Source: an uncultured Chloroflexia bacterium (GTDB lineage: Bacteria; Chloroflexota; Anaerolineae; JAAYZQ01). From it: DNA of 64,000 nt. Below, in pieces: positions 52,968-63,197 of this stretch; position 1 is the first letter of the stretch; each line of letters begins with the position of its first letter. Location of the stretch: assembly GCA_963700285.1 (NCBI GenBank), contig CAVOXA010000014.1:128001-192000 (forward strand), written 5' to 3'. The notes beneath the pieces are model-generated. The model was not told the DNA's origin and searched no databases. It worked only from the letters and a program-made list of their open reading frames with translations. The translations under genes and the position numbers were made by a program.

Positions 52968-53906
52968 ATGGACAAACCAGCAGGAGAGACAGAGGGTCTG
53001 GAACAGCCAGTATCCAGCCGGCGACGGGCGCAGTTGATCGGCGTCGTCCTGGCCAACGTGGCCACCCTTACCTGGGCCACCAACATGACGCTGGGCCGCT
53101 GGCTGCGCGACGACATTGGGCCGCTGACCCTGGCCGCGTCCCGGTTCTGTATCGCCTCTGTTCTCTTTGCCATCCTCCTCCAGGGACGGCCGGCCGAGGA
53201 GCGCAAGTTGGGTCCGGATCGCTGGTGGCTGCTGGCCATGGGTCTCACCGGCGTCGTCTTTTTCGCGCCCGCCCTGTACCTGGGCTTGCGTTTCACCACC
53301 ACCGTCAATGCCACCCTGATCAACGGGCTGGGCCCGCTCATTACCGGGCTGCTGGCCGCCCTGCTCATCCAGGAACCCATGACGCGCCGCCAGGTCGGCG
53401 GCGCTTTCGTCGGACTGGCCGGCGTGTTGGTCTTGATCTCCGGAGGTTCGCTGCTGCTCTGGCGATCGATGGCCATCAATGCCGGCGATCTCATCATGGT
53501 CGGGGCGGTCGCGCTGTGGTCGCTTTATTCGGTCCTGGTCCGGCGCGTCATGCGGCAGAGATCGGCCCTGTCGGCTACGGCGCTCTCGACCTTTATGGCC
53601 CTACCCCTGCTGTTGATGGCCGCCACATGGGAGATCTACCACCTGGGGGTGAGGCTCAGCCCCCAGCTCGCTGTGGCCATCCTGTACATCGGCATCGCGC
53701 CGACCGTGGTTGGCTTCCTGTCCTGGAACGAAGCCATCCGCCGCCTGGGCTCCAGCGGCGCGATGGTCTTTTACAATACCCTGCCCCTTTACGGGGCGCT
53801 GCTGGGCATCATGCTCCTGGGCGAGACCGTCAGTTGGAGCTACCTGGTGGGTGGCGTTCTGATCATCGGCGGCGGGCTGTACGCAGCGCGGGGGCAACAG
53901 AAGTGA
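52968..53906 (+). CDS. EamA/DMT-family transporter
   Basis: About ten TM segments in two repeats; GD..M and LLGE motifs. Confidence 0.9.
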   Translation: MDKPAGETEGLEQPVSSRRRAQLIGVVLANVATLTWATNMTLGRWLRDDIGPLTLAASRFCIASVLFAILLQGRPAEERKLGPDRWWLLAMGLTGVVFFAPALYLGLRFTTTVNATLINGLGPLITGLLAALLIQEPMTRRQVGGAFVGLAGVLVLISGGSLLLWRSMAINAGDLIMVGAVALWSLYSVLVRRVMRQRSALSATALSTFMALPLLLMAATWEIYHLGVRLSPQLAVAILYIGIAPTVVGFLSWNEAIRRLGSSGAMVFYNTLPLYGALLGIMLLGETVSWSYLVGGVLIIGGGLYAARGQQK

Positions 53907-53973
53907 CAGCCTGGTCGGCGGCAAGGACCCAGGGTACGCGTTGTTCTACGTGTACTGCAGTATGCACATTCAC

Positions 53974-54116
53974 ACCTGAAGCCACGACTTGCTCGCGCGG
54001 ACCACAGTCCGCGCATTGGGACCTGGAGCCACGAGTCGTTCCACGCAGACGACAGTCTGCGCATTGGCACCTGGAGCCACGAGCTGCTATGCGCGGACCA
54101 CAGTCCGCGCAGTTGT
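53974..54116. repeat. Three tandem ~48-bp units, each with a hairpin
   Basis: ACCTG(G/A)AGCCACGA-N7/8-GCGCGGAC.caca.GTCCGCGC; units at 53974, 54021, 54069. Confidence 0.85.
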
Positions 54117-54212
54117 GCCAGGAGCGCTGGACTGCGATCCAGCGTGAGCCGAAATGGGATGGAGGATCATCCCAGAATAAAACGGAAAATCTGCAAAGGG
54201 AATGCTACAACC

Positions 54213-55148
54213 ATGACAATGACTCAGACTCTCAAAGCCTATGATCTCCTGGATAGCGCACTGGTTACAGGGTATTCGGTAGCAAACGTACTCCGGGAAC
54301 ACGGACTGCAGGTCGAGGTGGTCCCTATCACAGGCCCAAACGGCTCCACCCACTTTGTCCGTGCCTTTGTGTCCGGTACGGCCGGCAAGCGAGGCGGCGG
54401 ACCCGCCCCCACCCTGGGCATCATCGGCCGGTTGGGCGGGATCGGTGCGCGCCCCGCCGCCATTGGCCTGGTGTCGGACGGCGACGGCGCGGTCACGGCC
54501 ATCGCCTGCGCCCTCAAACTGGGCGATATGGCCGCCGCCGGCGACCGGCTGCCCGGCGATGTCATCGTGGCCACCCACATCTGCCCGACCGCACCGGTCA
54601 TGCCCCACGAACCTGTGCCTTTCATGGGCTCGCCTGTAGACATGGGCACCATGAACCGCCACGAGGTGCAGCCCGAGATGGACGCCATCCTTTCAGTGGA
54701 TACGACCCGCGGCAACACCCTCGTAAACCAGCGGGGCTTTGCCATCTCTCCAACCGTGAAGGAGGGCTACATCCTGAAGGTGAGCCCCGACTTGCTACGA
54801 ATTATGTCGACTGTCACCGGCCGTCCACCGGTCGTACTGCCCATCACGACCCAGGACATCACGCCCTATGGCAATGGCATCGATCACGTCAACAGCATCA
54901 TGCAGCCGGCCACGGCCACCGGCGCTCCCGTTGTCGGGGTGGCCCTGACGGCCGAAACCGCGGTGCCGGGCTGTGCCTCCGGGGCCAGCCAGCCGGTCGA
55001 CATCGAGGCGGCCACGCGCTTCTGCCTGGAGACAGCCAAAGGCTTTGGCCAGGGCGCCTGCAGTTTCTACGATCCAGAGGAGTTCGAGCGACTGGTCAGC
55101 CTCTATGGCTCGATGCAGCATCTGCAGACCCTGGGCAGCCCGCGATGA
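54213..55148 (+). CDS. DUF1177 family protein
   Basis: GRLGGIGARP, VSDGDGA, PHEPVPFM, SPTVKEG, HVNSIMQP, VPGCASGAS. Confidence 0.85.
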   Translation: MTMTQTLKAYDLLDSALVTGYSVANVLREHGLQVEVVPITGPNGSTHFVRAFVSGTAGKRGGGPAPTLGIIGRLGGIGARPAAIGLVSDGDGAVTAIACALKLGDMAAAGDRLPGDVIVATHICPTAPVMPHEPVPFMGSPVDMGTMNRHEVQPEMDAILSVDTTRGNTLVNQRGFAISPTVKEGYILKVSPDLLRIMSTVTGRPPVVLPITTQDITPYGNGIDHVNSIMQPATATGAPVVGVALTAETAVPGCASGASQPVDIEAATRFCLETAKGFGQGACSFYDPEEFERLVSLYGSMQHLQTLGSPR

Positions 55149-55255
55149 GTCCCTTGCGGGCCATTCCGGCTCCCGGCTATCAGGCAAGAATCCGTGTCCT
55201 GAGCCATAATCCAGCCCGGAAGAGCGCTCTGTTCCGTCAACGGCTGGAGTAGTTT

Positions 55256-55323
55256 GTCATTCTGAACGCAGTGAAGAATCTCACTTGCGCCCAGCCGAGA
55301 TCCTTCGCTTCGCTCAGGATGAC
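55256..55323. repeat. Palindromic intergenic repeat (GTCATTCTGA...TCAGGATGAC type)
   Basis: GTCATTCTGAACGCAGTGAAGAATCT...AGATCCTTCGCTTCGCTCAGGATGAC; widespread REP/MITE-like element. Confidence 0.75.
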
Positions 55324-55467
55324 GTTATGTCTGGCTCAGGATCTCTTTCTCACGAAGAGGCACCCTGTACCATGGAACACTCAAAATGACGCATTCCCGA
55401 GGACCGAATTTCTTCCACATGGAGTGACCTGCCGGGCCATAGATCACCGGTAGTAGAAAGGATCACG

Positions 55468-58400
55468 ATGGCAAAACGCTTCATACCAATCACTCTGCTA
55501 CTGACGCTCCTTCTTCTGGCTGGCTGTGCCACAGCGGCGACGCCCAGCCCCGAGCCGTCGCCGACTCACCCACCACCGCCGACAGAGAGCCCCACCATTC
55601 TTCAGCAGGGTGCGCTGATCAGTGAAGTCCTGCCAGGTGTGGTCGGCACCAACAACAACCTGGAATTCATCGAGCTGTACAACGCCGGGACCGAAGCGCT
55701 GGATCTGAAGGGCTGGTCGCTGTGGTACCGCCTGGATGACAAGCAAGCGGAGCAACAGATCTACGCCTGGGACAGTCCGAGAGACGTGCCCGGCCATGGC
55801 CATTTTCTCATCGTACGCTCCGGGCAGGATGTGGGCAACCTTGGCGATGCCGAGTTTGACCTTTCACTCTATGAGAAGAGGGGAGGATTGGCGCTGCGCA
55901 ACGCTGAAGGCGAACCCGTGGACACGCTCGTTTGGGGTGCGGGCCCTTCCGATTATGTCACTGGCTCTCCTGCCGAGGCGCCCGCCTCGGGCGCGAGCCT
56001 GGAGAGACTGCCAGGGGGTTCCGCCGGCAACGGCGCCAGCACTGGGAATGATGCTGCTGACTTTGCCCTCAACGCAGTGCCGAGTCCCCAGAACAGTGGG
56101 GATCCCGTCAGCCCCCTGCCAGATCAGTATCTGATCATCGACTTGGTAGCGCCAGAAAGCATTGAACCCGGGAGCGAGATCAACTATGCCGTCGAGGTCC
56201 AGAACCTCACCGCTGGGCCGGTCCACGATGTTCGCGCCAGGATTCCCATTCCCCCTGGCTTTGAGGTTTTGTCGATGCCTGCTGGGGCAGGCAAAAGCGA
56301 GGGCTGGATCGAGTGGCCCATCCCCGAACTGGGCGCCGGCGCTACCCAAACCGGCAAGATCATACTTCAGAGTCCCTGGACCTATCTCCGTACCCTGGTC
56401 AGCGGCTATTATGTCCAGGCCGGCGATTGGGTAGACAGGGTCTACGGCCCGATCCGGCCGCTGGCCGTGGAGGGTGGGGCCATCCCCATTGGTACGGCTC
56501 GCGCGCTCACGGGCGAGACCGTTACCGTTGAAGGCGTGGCCAGTATGTACACCGGCGGCTTTTACGCAGGCAGCACCGGCACCAAGTTCTACATGGAGGA
56601 CGACTCGGGCGGAATCCAGGTCTATTGCCCCGGTGGCGCCGACCTGGTCAGCGTGGATGTGGGCGACCGGGTGCGGGTCACGGGCCTCATCGAGGCCTAT
56701 CGCGACTCTGTCGAGATCGTCCCCGCCGTATATCCGGACGACGTTGAGGTCGTCGAACAGGGAGGCAGCGAGCCGGTTCCCTTCCCGGCCACGCTGCCGC
56801 AGGCCAGCAGCGACGAATCCCTACTGGGCCGCCTCGTCGAGGTAGAGGGAACCGCGGGCCGTATCGAAGAGTTCAGCTACAGCTACGAAGTCGATCTGCT
56901 GGACCAGGAGGGCCATGCCCTCCTGGTCTACGTTGACAAGGAGACCGGCGTCACCACCGAGCCCATGGACGTGGGCAGCCTGTACCAGATCACTGGCGTT
57001 AGCGAGCTGTACAACGGTAGCTGGCAGCTCATGCCCCGTTTCCAGACCGATCTCGGCGAGATCTTTCCGCCAGAGCTGATGCTGGACATGGCAGCCAACA
57101 ACAGTGCCCTGCCCGGGGGAATCATCACCTATACCCTGACCGCCTTCAACCACACGCAGGCGCCTCTGACAGGCGTCCAGATTCAGGCTGTTCCACCGAC
57201 CGGCGGGGTAGCCATCTCCGGGATCCTGGATGGGGGCGAGCGAACAGATAACAGCATCATCTGGACCATTCCCGAGCTGGCCGCCGGGGGAGGGTCCGCG
57301 ACAGTCCAATTCCTGGTCAGCGTTGATGCGGACGCCAGCGGCCAGATCCAGGTCCCAGGGGCAGTGGTTACGGCCAGCGAATGGCCGGAACCGGTCCACA
57401 CTCATCCCACCCTGACCTTTGTCGGCAGCGGCGTACCCATCTGGGCCATCCAGGGCCCGGGCGTCGCTTCGCCCTACGCGCGCCAGGAGGCGACCACCGA
57501 AGGTATCGTCATCGGCGTCTTCCCGGGCCTGGGCGGGTTCTGGATCCAGGAAGAGGAGAGCGACGACGATCCGGCCACGTCTGCCGGCCTGTTCGTACTG
57601 ACCCAGGATCTGGAGACGCCGGTCGAGCTGGGCGACCTTGTCCGAGTCACCGGCAGGGTCCGGGAGCTGTCGGGCCAGACGATGCTTGACGTCTCTGACT
57701 CGGGTGATATGACCGTTCTGACAACGCGCAACCTGCTGCCGGCAGCCGTCGAGCTGGACCCGCCCCTGGACAAGGCGGAGTCACAAGTCTACTACGAAGC
57801 GCGGGAAGGCATGCTGGCCCAGGTCACGGCTCCGGCCGTGGCGGTGGGGCCGACGACCAAGTACGGCGAGACGGCGCTGGTTCGCAGCGACCGCGAGATC
57901 GAGCGGGTTATGCGCGGCGACCCAACCGGCATGTTGATCTTTTTCGACGACGGCTCGGAGGCCACCCACTTGGACGCCTCCACGCTGGCTTTTGGCCTGA
58001 GAACGGGCGATTTGCTCAGCGCCGTCGAAGGCCCGCTGGCCTACACCTTTGAGAACTACAAGATCGAGATCATCTCGCTGCCGGTCATCACGTCGACAGC
58101 CACGGCACTCCCCGCGCTGCAGCCTCCCGGCCCTGACCAATTCAGCATCGCCACCTTTAACGTGGAGAACCTGTTTGACGCCAACTCACCGCATCCCTCA
58201 GATCCGCCGATACCTAGCACGCGCCAGTACAAAGCGGACCTGGGCAAGACGGCGGAGGCCATCAAGGCCATGGGCTCGCCGACCATCGTCGCGCTGCAGG
58301 AGGTGGAAAACATTGGCGTCCTGGCCGACCTGGCCGAGCAGGAGGCCATCGCCCAGCTTGATTACCAGCCTTTCCTGCAGGAGGGTACCGACAGCCGGGG

Positions 58401-58971
58401 CATCGACGTTGCCTACCTGGTCCGCGGCGACCGGGCCACCGTCAAGGGGACGGCCAGCTACCCGGCGCCGGAAGGCCTGACCAGCCGGCCGCCGCTGGTC
58501 ATCACCACGACCCTACACCTGGAGACGGGGGATACCACGGTCTATGTCATCAACAACCACTTTACCTCCATGTCAGGCGGAGAGAAGCCGACCGAGCCCC
58601 GCCGGACGGCCCAGGCCGCGTGGAATGTTGACCTGGTGGAGAGGATCCTGCGCAGCGATCCGGCCGCCCGTGTCGTCATCCTGGGCGACCTGAACTCCTT
58701 CTACGACTCACCGCCGCTGAACGTTCTGCGCGAGGCAGGACTGCGGCACGTCTACGAATTCGTCGAGCCTGACCGGCCTTACTCTTATATCTACCAGGGC
58801 GAATCCGAAACCCTGGACCATATCCTGGTGACACCTTCGCTGTACGACCGCCTTGTACAAGTTGAGGCCCTTCACATCAACGCCGACTACCCTCTCCCGA
58901 CGCCGGGTGATGCATCCGCCCGCGGCTCGTCGGACCACGATCCGATCGTCGCCATGTTCTCGTCTGACTAG
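55468..58971 (+). CDS. Extracellular nuclease lipoprotein (lamin-tail, DUF11-like, OB-fold, EEP nuclease domains)
   Basis: Lipobox LAGC; LISEV..EFIELYN; ATFNVENLF, ALQEVEN, NNHF, GDLN, LDHIL, SDHDP. Confidence 0.9.
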   Translation: MAKRFIPITLLLTLLLLAGCATAATPSPEPSPTHPPPPTESPTILQQGALISEVLPGVVGTNNNLEFIELYNAGTEALDLKGWSLWYRLDDKQAEQQIYAWDSPRDVPGHGHFLIVRSGQDVGNLGDAEFDLSLYEKRGGLALRNAEGEPVDTLVWGAGPSDYVTGSPAEAPASGASLERLPGGSAGNGASTGNDAADFALNAVPSPQNSGDPVSPLPDQYLIIDLVAPESIEPGSEINYAVEVQNLTAGPVHDVRARIPIPPGFEVLSMPAGAGKSEGWIEWPIPELGAGATQTGKIILQSPWTYLRTLVSGYYVQAGDWVDRVYGPIRPLAVEGGAIPIGTARALTGETVTVEGVASMYTGGFYAGSTGTKFYMEDDSGGIQVYCPGGADLVSVDVGDRVRVTGLIEAYRDSVEIVPAVYPDDVEVVEQGGSEPVPFPATLPQASSDESLLGRLVEVEGTAGRIEEFSYSYEVDLLDQEGHALLVYVDKETGVTTEPMDVGSLYQITGVSELYNGSWQLMPRFQTDLGEIFPPELMLDMAANNSALPGGIITYTLTAFNHTQAPLTGVQIQAVPPTGGVAISGILDGGERTDNSIIWTIPELAAGGGSATVQFLVSVDADASGQIQVPGAVVTASEWPEPVHTHPTLTFVGSGVPIWAIQGPGVASPYARQEATTEGIVIGVFPGLGGFWIQEEESDDDPATSAGLFVLTQDLETPVELGDLVRVTGRVRELSGQTMLDVSDSGDMTVLTTRNLLPAAVELDPPLDKAESQVYYEAREGMLAQVTAPAVAVGPTTKYGETALVRSDREIERVMRGDPTGMLIFFDDGSEATHLDASTLAFGLRTGDLLSAVEGPLAYTFENYKIEIISLPVITSTATALPALQPPGPDQFSIATFNVENLFDANSPHPSDPPIPSTRQYKADLGKTAEAIKAMGSPTIVALQEVENIGVLADLAEQEAIAQLDYQPFLQEGTDSRGIDVAYLVRGDRATVKGTASYPAPEGLTSRPPLVITTTLHLETGDTTVYVINNHFTSMSGGEKPTEPRRTAQAAWNVDLVERILRSDPAARVVILGDLNSFYDSPPLNVLREAGLRHVYEFVEPDRPYSYIYQGESETLDHILVTPSLYDRLVQVEALHINADYPLPTPGDASARGSSDHDPIVAMFSSD

Positions 58972-58975
58972 AACA

Positions 58976-59009
58976 AGACCTCGGAGGTTTTTCTCAACCT
59001 CTGAGGTCT
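58976..59009. repeat. REP-like palindrome doublet (AGACCTCCGAGGTCT family)
   Basis: AGACCTCGGAGGTTT-TTCTC-AACCTCTGAGGTCT. Confidence 0.75.
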
Positions 59010-59080
59010 GGGAGGCACAGACTACGGGGGTGCCAAACCTCCGGTTCGTCGAACGCCTCTAACGTCCAGGAGGTACAACT

Positions 59081-59944
59081 GTGTCCAACGCCAACAGCTT
59101 TCGCGAGATCTATGCCCGGGTTGACGATGAAACGGCCCGCTCCCTCCAGGCGTTTCGCCGCGATCCACCGATCAAGCAGCTCTCTATCGATGGCGGCATC
59201 TGGGATTATGTCACTTTGGGACACGGCGACCAAACCATCCTGTTTCTGCACGGCATGGCGGGAGCCTACGATATCTGGTGGCGGGTCCTTGAGAGCCTCA
59301 AGCACCGCTATCAGGTCCTGTCCCTCACCTACCCGCCGGTCGAGGGACTGGAGGCTCTGGCCCGCGGGATCGAGGGCATTCTGGACCAGGAGGGGATCCG
59401 TAAAACAAACATCGTGGGCAGCTCGCTGGGCGGCTACCTGGCCCAGTACCTGGTAGCCAGGGTTTCCAACCGGATCAGGCGGGTGGTCTTTGCCAACACA
59501 TTCCCACCCAACGACGTCATCGCCGCCAACACCCGGCTGGCGGGCAGGTTCCTGCCCTTCCTGCCCGGCCCGCTGCTGATGTACGGCCTCAGGCAGAATA
59601 CAGAGAAGCGGCTCTACCCCGCGTCGGGCAATTCAGAGCTCCTGCGGGCCTATCTGCTGGAGCAGTATTCAGGGGCCATGAGCAAGGCCCAGTTCCTGGC
59701 CCGCTACCGCTGCGTGGTCGATCCTTTTGAGGCCCCCAATCCGGAGGAGCTGGGCATCCCAGTCCTGATCCTGGAGGCAGACAACGATCCACTGGTGGAA
59801 AAAGCCCTGCGCGACATGCTCAAGGAGACCTATCCTTCGGCGGTCGTGCACACTTTGCTCGGAGTGGGCCACTTTCCCTACTTGAACGTGCCTGGCGTCT
59901 ACACAGACCTGTTGAGAGGATTCTTTGCCGGCGAGTCGGGATGA
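59081..59944 (+). CDS. Alpha/beta hydrolase
   Basis: AGGAGG RBS; FLHG, GSSLG nucleophile elbow, NDP, GHFPY. Confidence 0.88.
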   Translation: MSNANSFREIYARVDDETARSLQAFRRDPPIKQLSIDGGIWDYVTLGHGDQTILFLHGMAGAYDIWWRVLESLKHRYQVLSLTYPPVEGLEALARGIEGILDQEGIRKTNIVGSSLGGYLAQYLVARVSNRIRRVVFANTFPPNDVIAANTRLAGRFLPFLPGPLLMYGLRQNTEKRLYPASGNSELLRAYLLEQYSGAMSKAQFLARYRCVVDPFEAPNPEELGIPVLILEADNDPLVEKALRDMLKETYPSAVVHTLLGVGHFPYLNVPGVYTDLLRGFFAGESG

Positions 59945-60010
59945 GCAGGGCGGCCCTGGCCATGACGCGCGTCGCGGCCGGCGGACAGGAGCAGGCGGCC
60001 GCTCCGGACC

Positions 60011-60439
60011 CTAAAACGACAGGGCGACTGTCCCCCCACGCTCCAGAACTGCTGGCCATAAGCGATTCCTACCCCGCCCCGTTGGGCAGCGCCTGGGGCC
60101 GCATACAAGTCCTGGGCGCCTGGCCAAGCCCCATGGCACGCCATCGTCCCTCAGGGCGCAGGACTGGGCATAACCGGCGCCTGCCTCGAGAAACACCCCG
60201 GGCGGCGGTGTCGCCTGCCCTTTGTCGTTGCGACCCCAGCATACAAGGCTGCCGTCGGCCTTGATGGCACAGGTGTGCTCGGTGCCCGCCGCAACCCTGC
60301 CGGTGATGGAGGCCAGGCTGGTCGCCTCGCCAACCGTGCGCGGGCCCCCTGCCCACGCGACCTGTGGCCGGAACATGACAAGGATGGCCACACCAGCCAG
60401 CATCAGGGACAGGAGGAAACCTGTCCGAAACAGGCTCAT
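60011..60439 (-). pseudogene. Truncated secreted RCC1-repeat protein
   Basis: Signal peptide, then VAAGTEHTCAIKADGSLVCWGRNDKGQ and a decayed second repeat. Confidence 0.6.
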
Positions 60440-60607
60440 ACCAAGATGTACACCGAATTGTGATTGGGGGTTACCGCGCTTGACTCCTGCCCCTCCGGAT
60501 CGGTGCGCTCAGCCTCCATCAGGGCTGGGGAGGCCGACGGTCCAGTACCGACCTCCCCACGGTGTTGCGGGTTCAGATCCGGCCGATCAACCGGTGGACC
60601 GATACCC

Positions 60608-61913
60608 TCAGCGCCGCAACAGAGGCAGGAAGGCCCGCGCATGGCCCACCAGACGCCCCCGGATCTCATAGTCAGGCCCCGGGCCATTCATCCTCGTAGG
60701 CCACCAGGCAGGGCCCGGAGGGAGCACAGGCCACTTCCGGGACCTTTTGGGCCAAAGCCGAGTTGTCGATGGGGAATTGGGTCCCCACGGGCGCATTCGA
60801 GATCGGGCTGACCACCCGGCCATAGACATCCCAGGCCGGATAGGCGCCGCCGATGTGCCGCCACGGGACCAGATAGCGCCCGCCGTCGCCAAAGGCCACC
60901 GCAGGCTCGACGCGCTTCATTCCGGTATCGTGGGCGATGTTGATGAAGGGCTCAAGCCCGCCATCGCCGCGAACCCGCCGGCCCCAGACGCTGTAAAGAC
61001 TCGCCCCATGATCCTCATTCCAGACAGCCATGTATTCGTCTGAGCCTCCGGCCAGGGCAACGCCATCCTGCGGCGGGAAACCGGTGGGGCTAAGGTAGAA
61101 CTCGGAACCCAGCCAACCCATGTTAAAGCTGGTCCGCCGCCCGACTATGTCGCCGCCCGCCGTGGGTGGGCCCTGGAAGGTATAGGCAATCAGATACTCG
61201 TTGCGCGCCCGGTTGTAGGCGACGTCGGGCAGCCGCCGCACCTGATTGGCTCCCCCAGCGATGTTTCGCCAGGTTTGCAGCGCGCCAGTGCTGGCACGGA
61301 CCCGCCGGGCCTCGATATCGCGCCGGGTGGGGCCGAGGTCCTTTTCGTATACCACCAGAAACTCATCCGCCTGGGCGCTGCAGGCCACAGCGGCATACCC
61401 GTCCTTGTCATAGTCAGGGTCGATCTGAACAAATGTCCCGGGCTCACCTGACCCTTTGAGCAGCTGGCCTTGGATGTCCGTGTCGGTGGCACTGAACTCG
61501 TAGGTCCACACCACCAGGTAGTTGCCGCTCTTGGGACAGTAGGCCACGTCGGGCCAAGTGTACCGCGCGTTCACCTTGTGCCCCACCGCAAAGGCCGGGT
61601 CCCTGAGCGATCCGTTGCCTGCCACCCGCCGGCCAAAGATGGCCACTTCGCCCCCGTGGATGTGCTGCTCCCAGACCACCAAGTACTCGTTGAGCCGCTC
61701 GTTGTAGGCCACCGACGGGTTCTGGTTTTCCAGCCCGTCAACCTGGATTTGGATAAAGTCACCCATCGGCGGGGCGGCAATCGCCGCTGGAACTCCGACT
61801 GCGGTCACGCTTTTGCCGTCTTCTCCAGGCTGGGCCAGTGCTCCCCCGCTGGCCACAAACAGAGCCACCAACAAACCCAATAACGTGCCCTTCAACCAGT
61901 GTGTGCTCATCAT
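60608..61913 (-). CDS. Secreted repeat (beta-propeller-like) protein with C-terminal LPL motif (probable frameshift near 60675)
   Basis: Signal peptide; repeated PxVAY...EYLVVW...I.GRRV units; alternate frame ends AFLPLLRR. Confidence 0.7.
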
Positions 61914-62665
61914 GTTCCCTCCTCTCTCTACTTGTACTCTTGCTTTTGCCTTCGCAGGCTGACAGCCAGGCTGGCGCCGCACCGGCCCGGGTCTACCACT
62001 GAAGACCACTTGTCTGCGCCGCGCACCTCAGGCAGCCCGCCACCGTGCCGAACTCGGCCATCCAGAAGACACCGCCCCCAGGGTACGGCACTGTCGGCGG
62101 CAATGTCGCCCTGCGGTACATTGCACTGAACGGGAATGTGGGATGGGAGCCAACGGGCACCGTACGCCGGAGCTGTATGGTCTTTGACGCGGTGGCTGCC
62201 TTGACGGGCATAGATGGCCTGAGACCACCTGCAAGCCGTCAGCGCCTGGTTGCGGGGCAGATCGTTGGGCCAAGCCCACCCAATCTGTTGGCGGATGGTG
62301 GCCGGGCAGGGCAGCCGGCCGGTTGGCCAGTGCCTCATTCGGTCCATCTTGCGGATGCACAAACGGCTCACACTACCAACCTCCCTCTGCGAAAGCGCCG
62401 GGAGATGATCCAAGGAGACGTTCAGGCGCTGTTGGCCTGCAACATCTCTATCACAGTACCGTTGTCCCCGCTGCCCGGTGTGCGTGGTGTGTGCCTGCTC
62501 CGCAGACCACCCTGCGGGTCCGGGCGGGATCCGTGCTATATTGACTGGTGCGTCCCTATTGTAGCACAGGATCCAGTCCGGGGCAAGTCGCCCCGGCTGA
62601 GACCAGGCAGCAGAGACTGCGGAGGTCCGCTCTGCGCCTCACGCGCCGCCCGTGATCCGCGATCC

Positions 62666-63115
62666 CTACCTGTCCTCCTCCATGATCCGGATGGCGGCCT
62701 GGGCCAGATCCTGGCCGGCAATATCGGGGCGCGGCGAGAGCGAGCCGAAGACCATCCCGGGGCGGGCAACGAAAGCGGCGGCGCGTCCGGCCCCCATTGC
62801 GCCGGCCACGTCCCGGTCGCAGGCGGCGATGAGCCGCATGTCCCCCGTCCCCACGCCCAACTCCGCCGTCGCGTAGCGATAGAATTCGGCGGCAGGCTTG
62901 AACGCTGCACTGCATCGACGGAGAGAACTCGTTCGAAATCGCCGGCCAACCCGGCGTGGGCCCCAGTTGGGCCTCGGCCACCTCCAACGTCGAGTTGGTG
63001 AGGGTGGCCGCGCGGAAACCCGCGTCCTGCAAGCTCGCCAGGCTGGCGGGGGCCTCGGGATGGCGGGTGTTTGGGTACTTGAACCACAGACACACGGGAA
63101 CACAGTGAAACCCAT
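62666..63115 (-). pseudogene. Haloacid dehalogenase type II fragment
   Basis: ATLTNS, FERVLSVD, FKPAAEFY, DVAGA..AG..AAFVARPG spread across frames; no N-terminal motif I. Confidence 0.65.
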
Positions 63116-63197
63116 GGATTGGCTGGACGTGGTGCGCTCTGCGCCTCTGGCTGGGGCTGGTGCCGATTCCCGGTAGCGCTTGGCAGGCAGGCACGGC

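Noticed and set aside
53974-54116. CRISPR array
   Set aside because: Only three units, variable parts of 7-8 nt, and no cas genes.
61990-62660. ORF 62045-63001 and neighbours as genes
   Set aside because: No recognisable motifs, and it overlaps the HAD remnant on the opposite strand; probably decayed or intergenic DNA.
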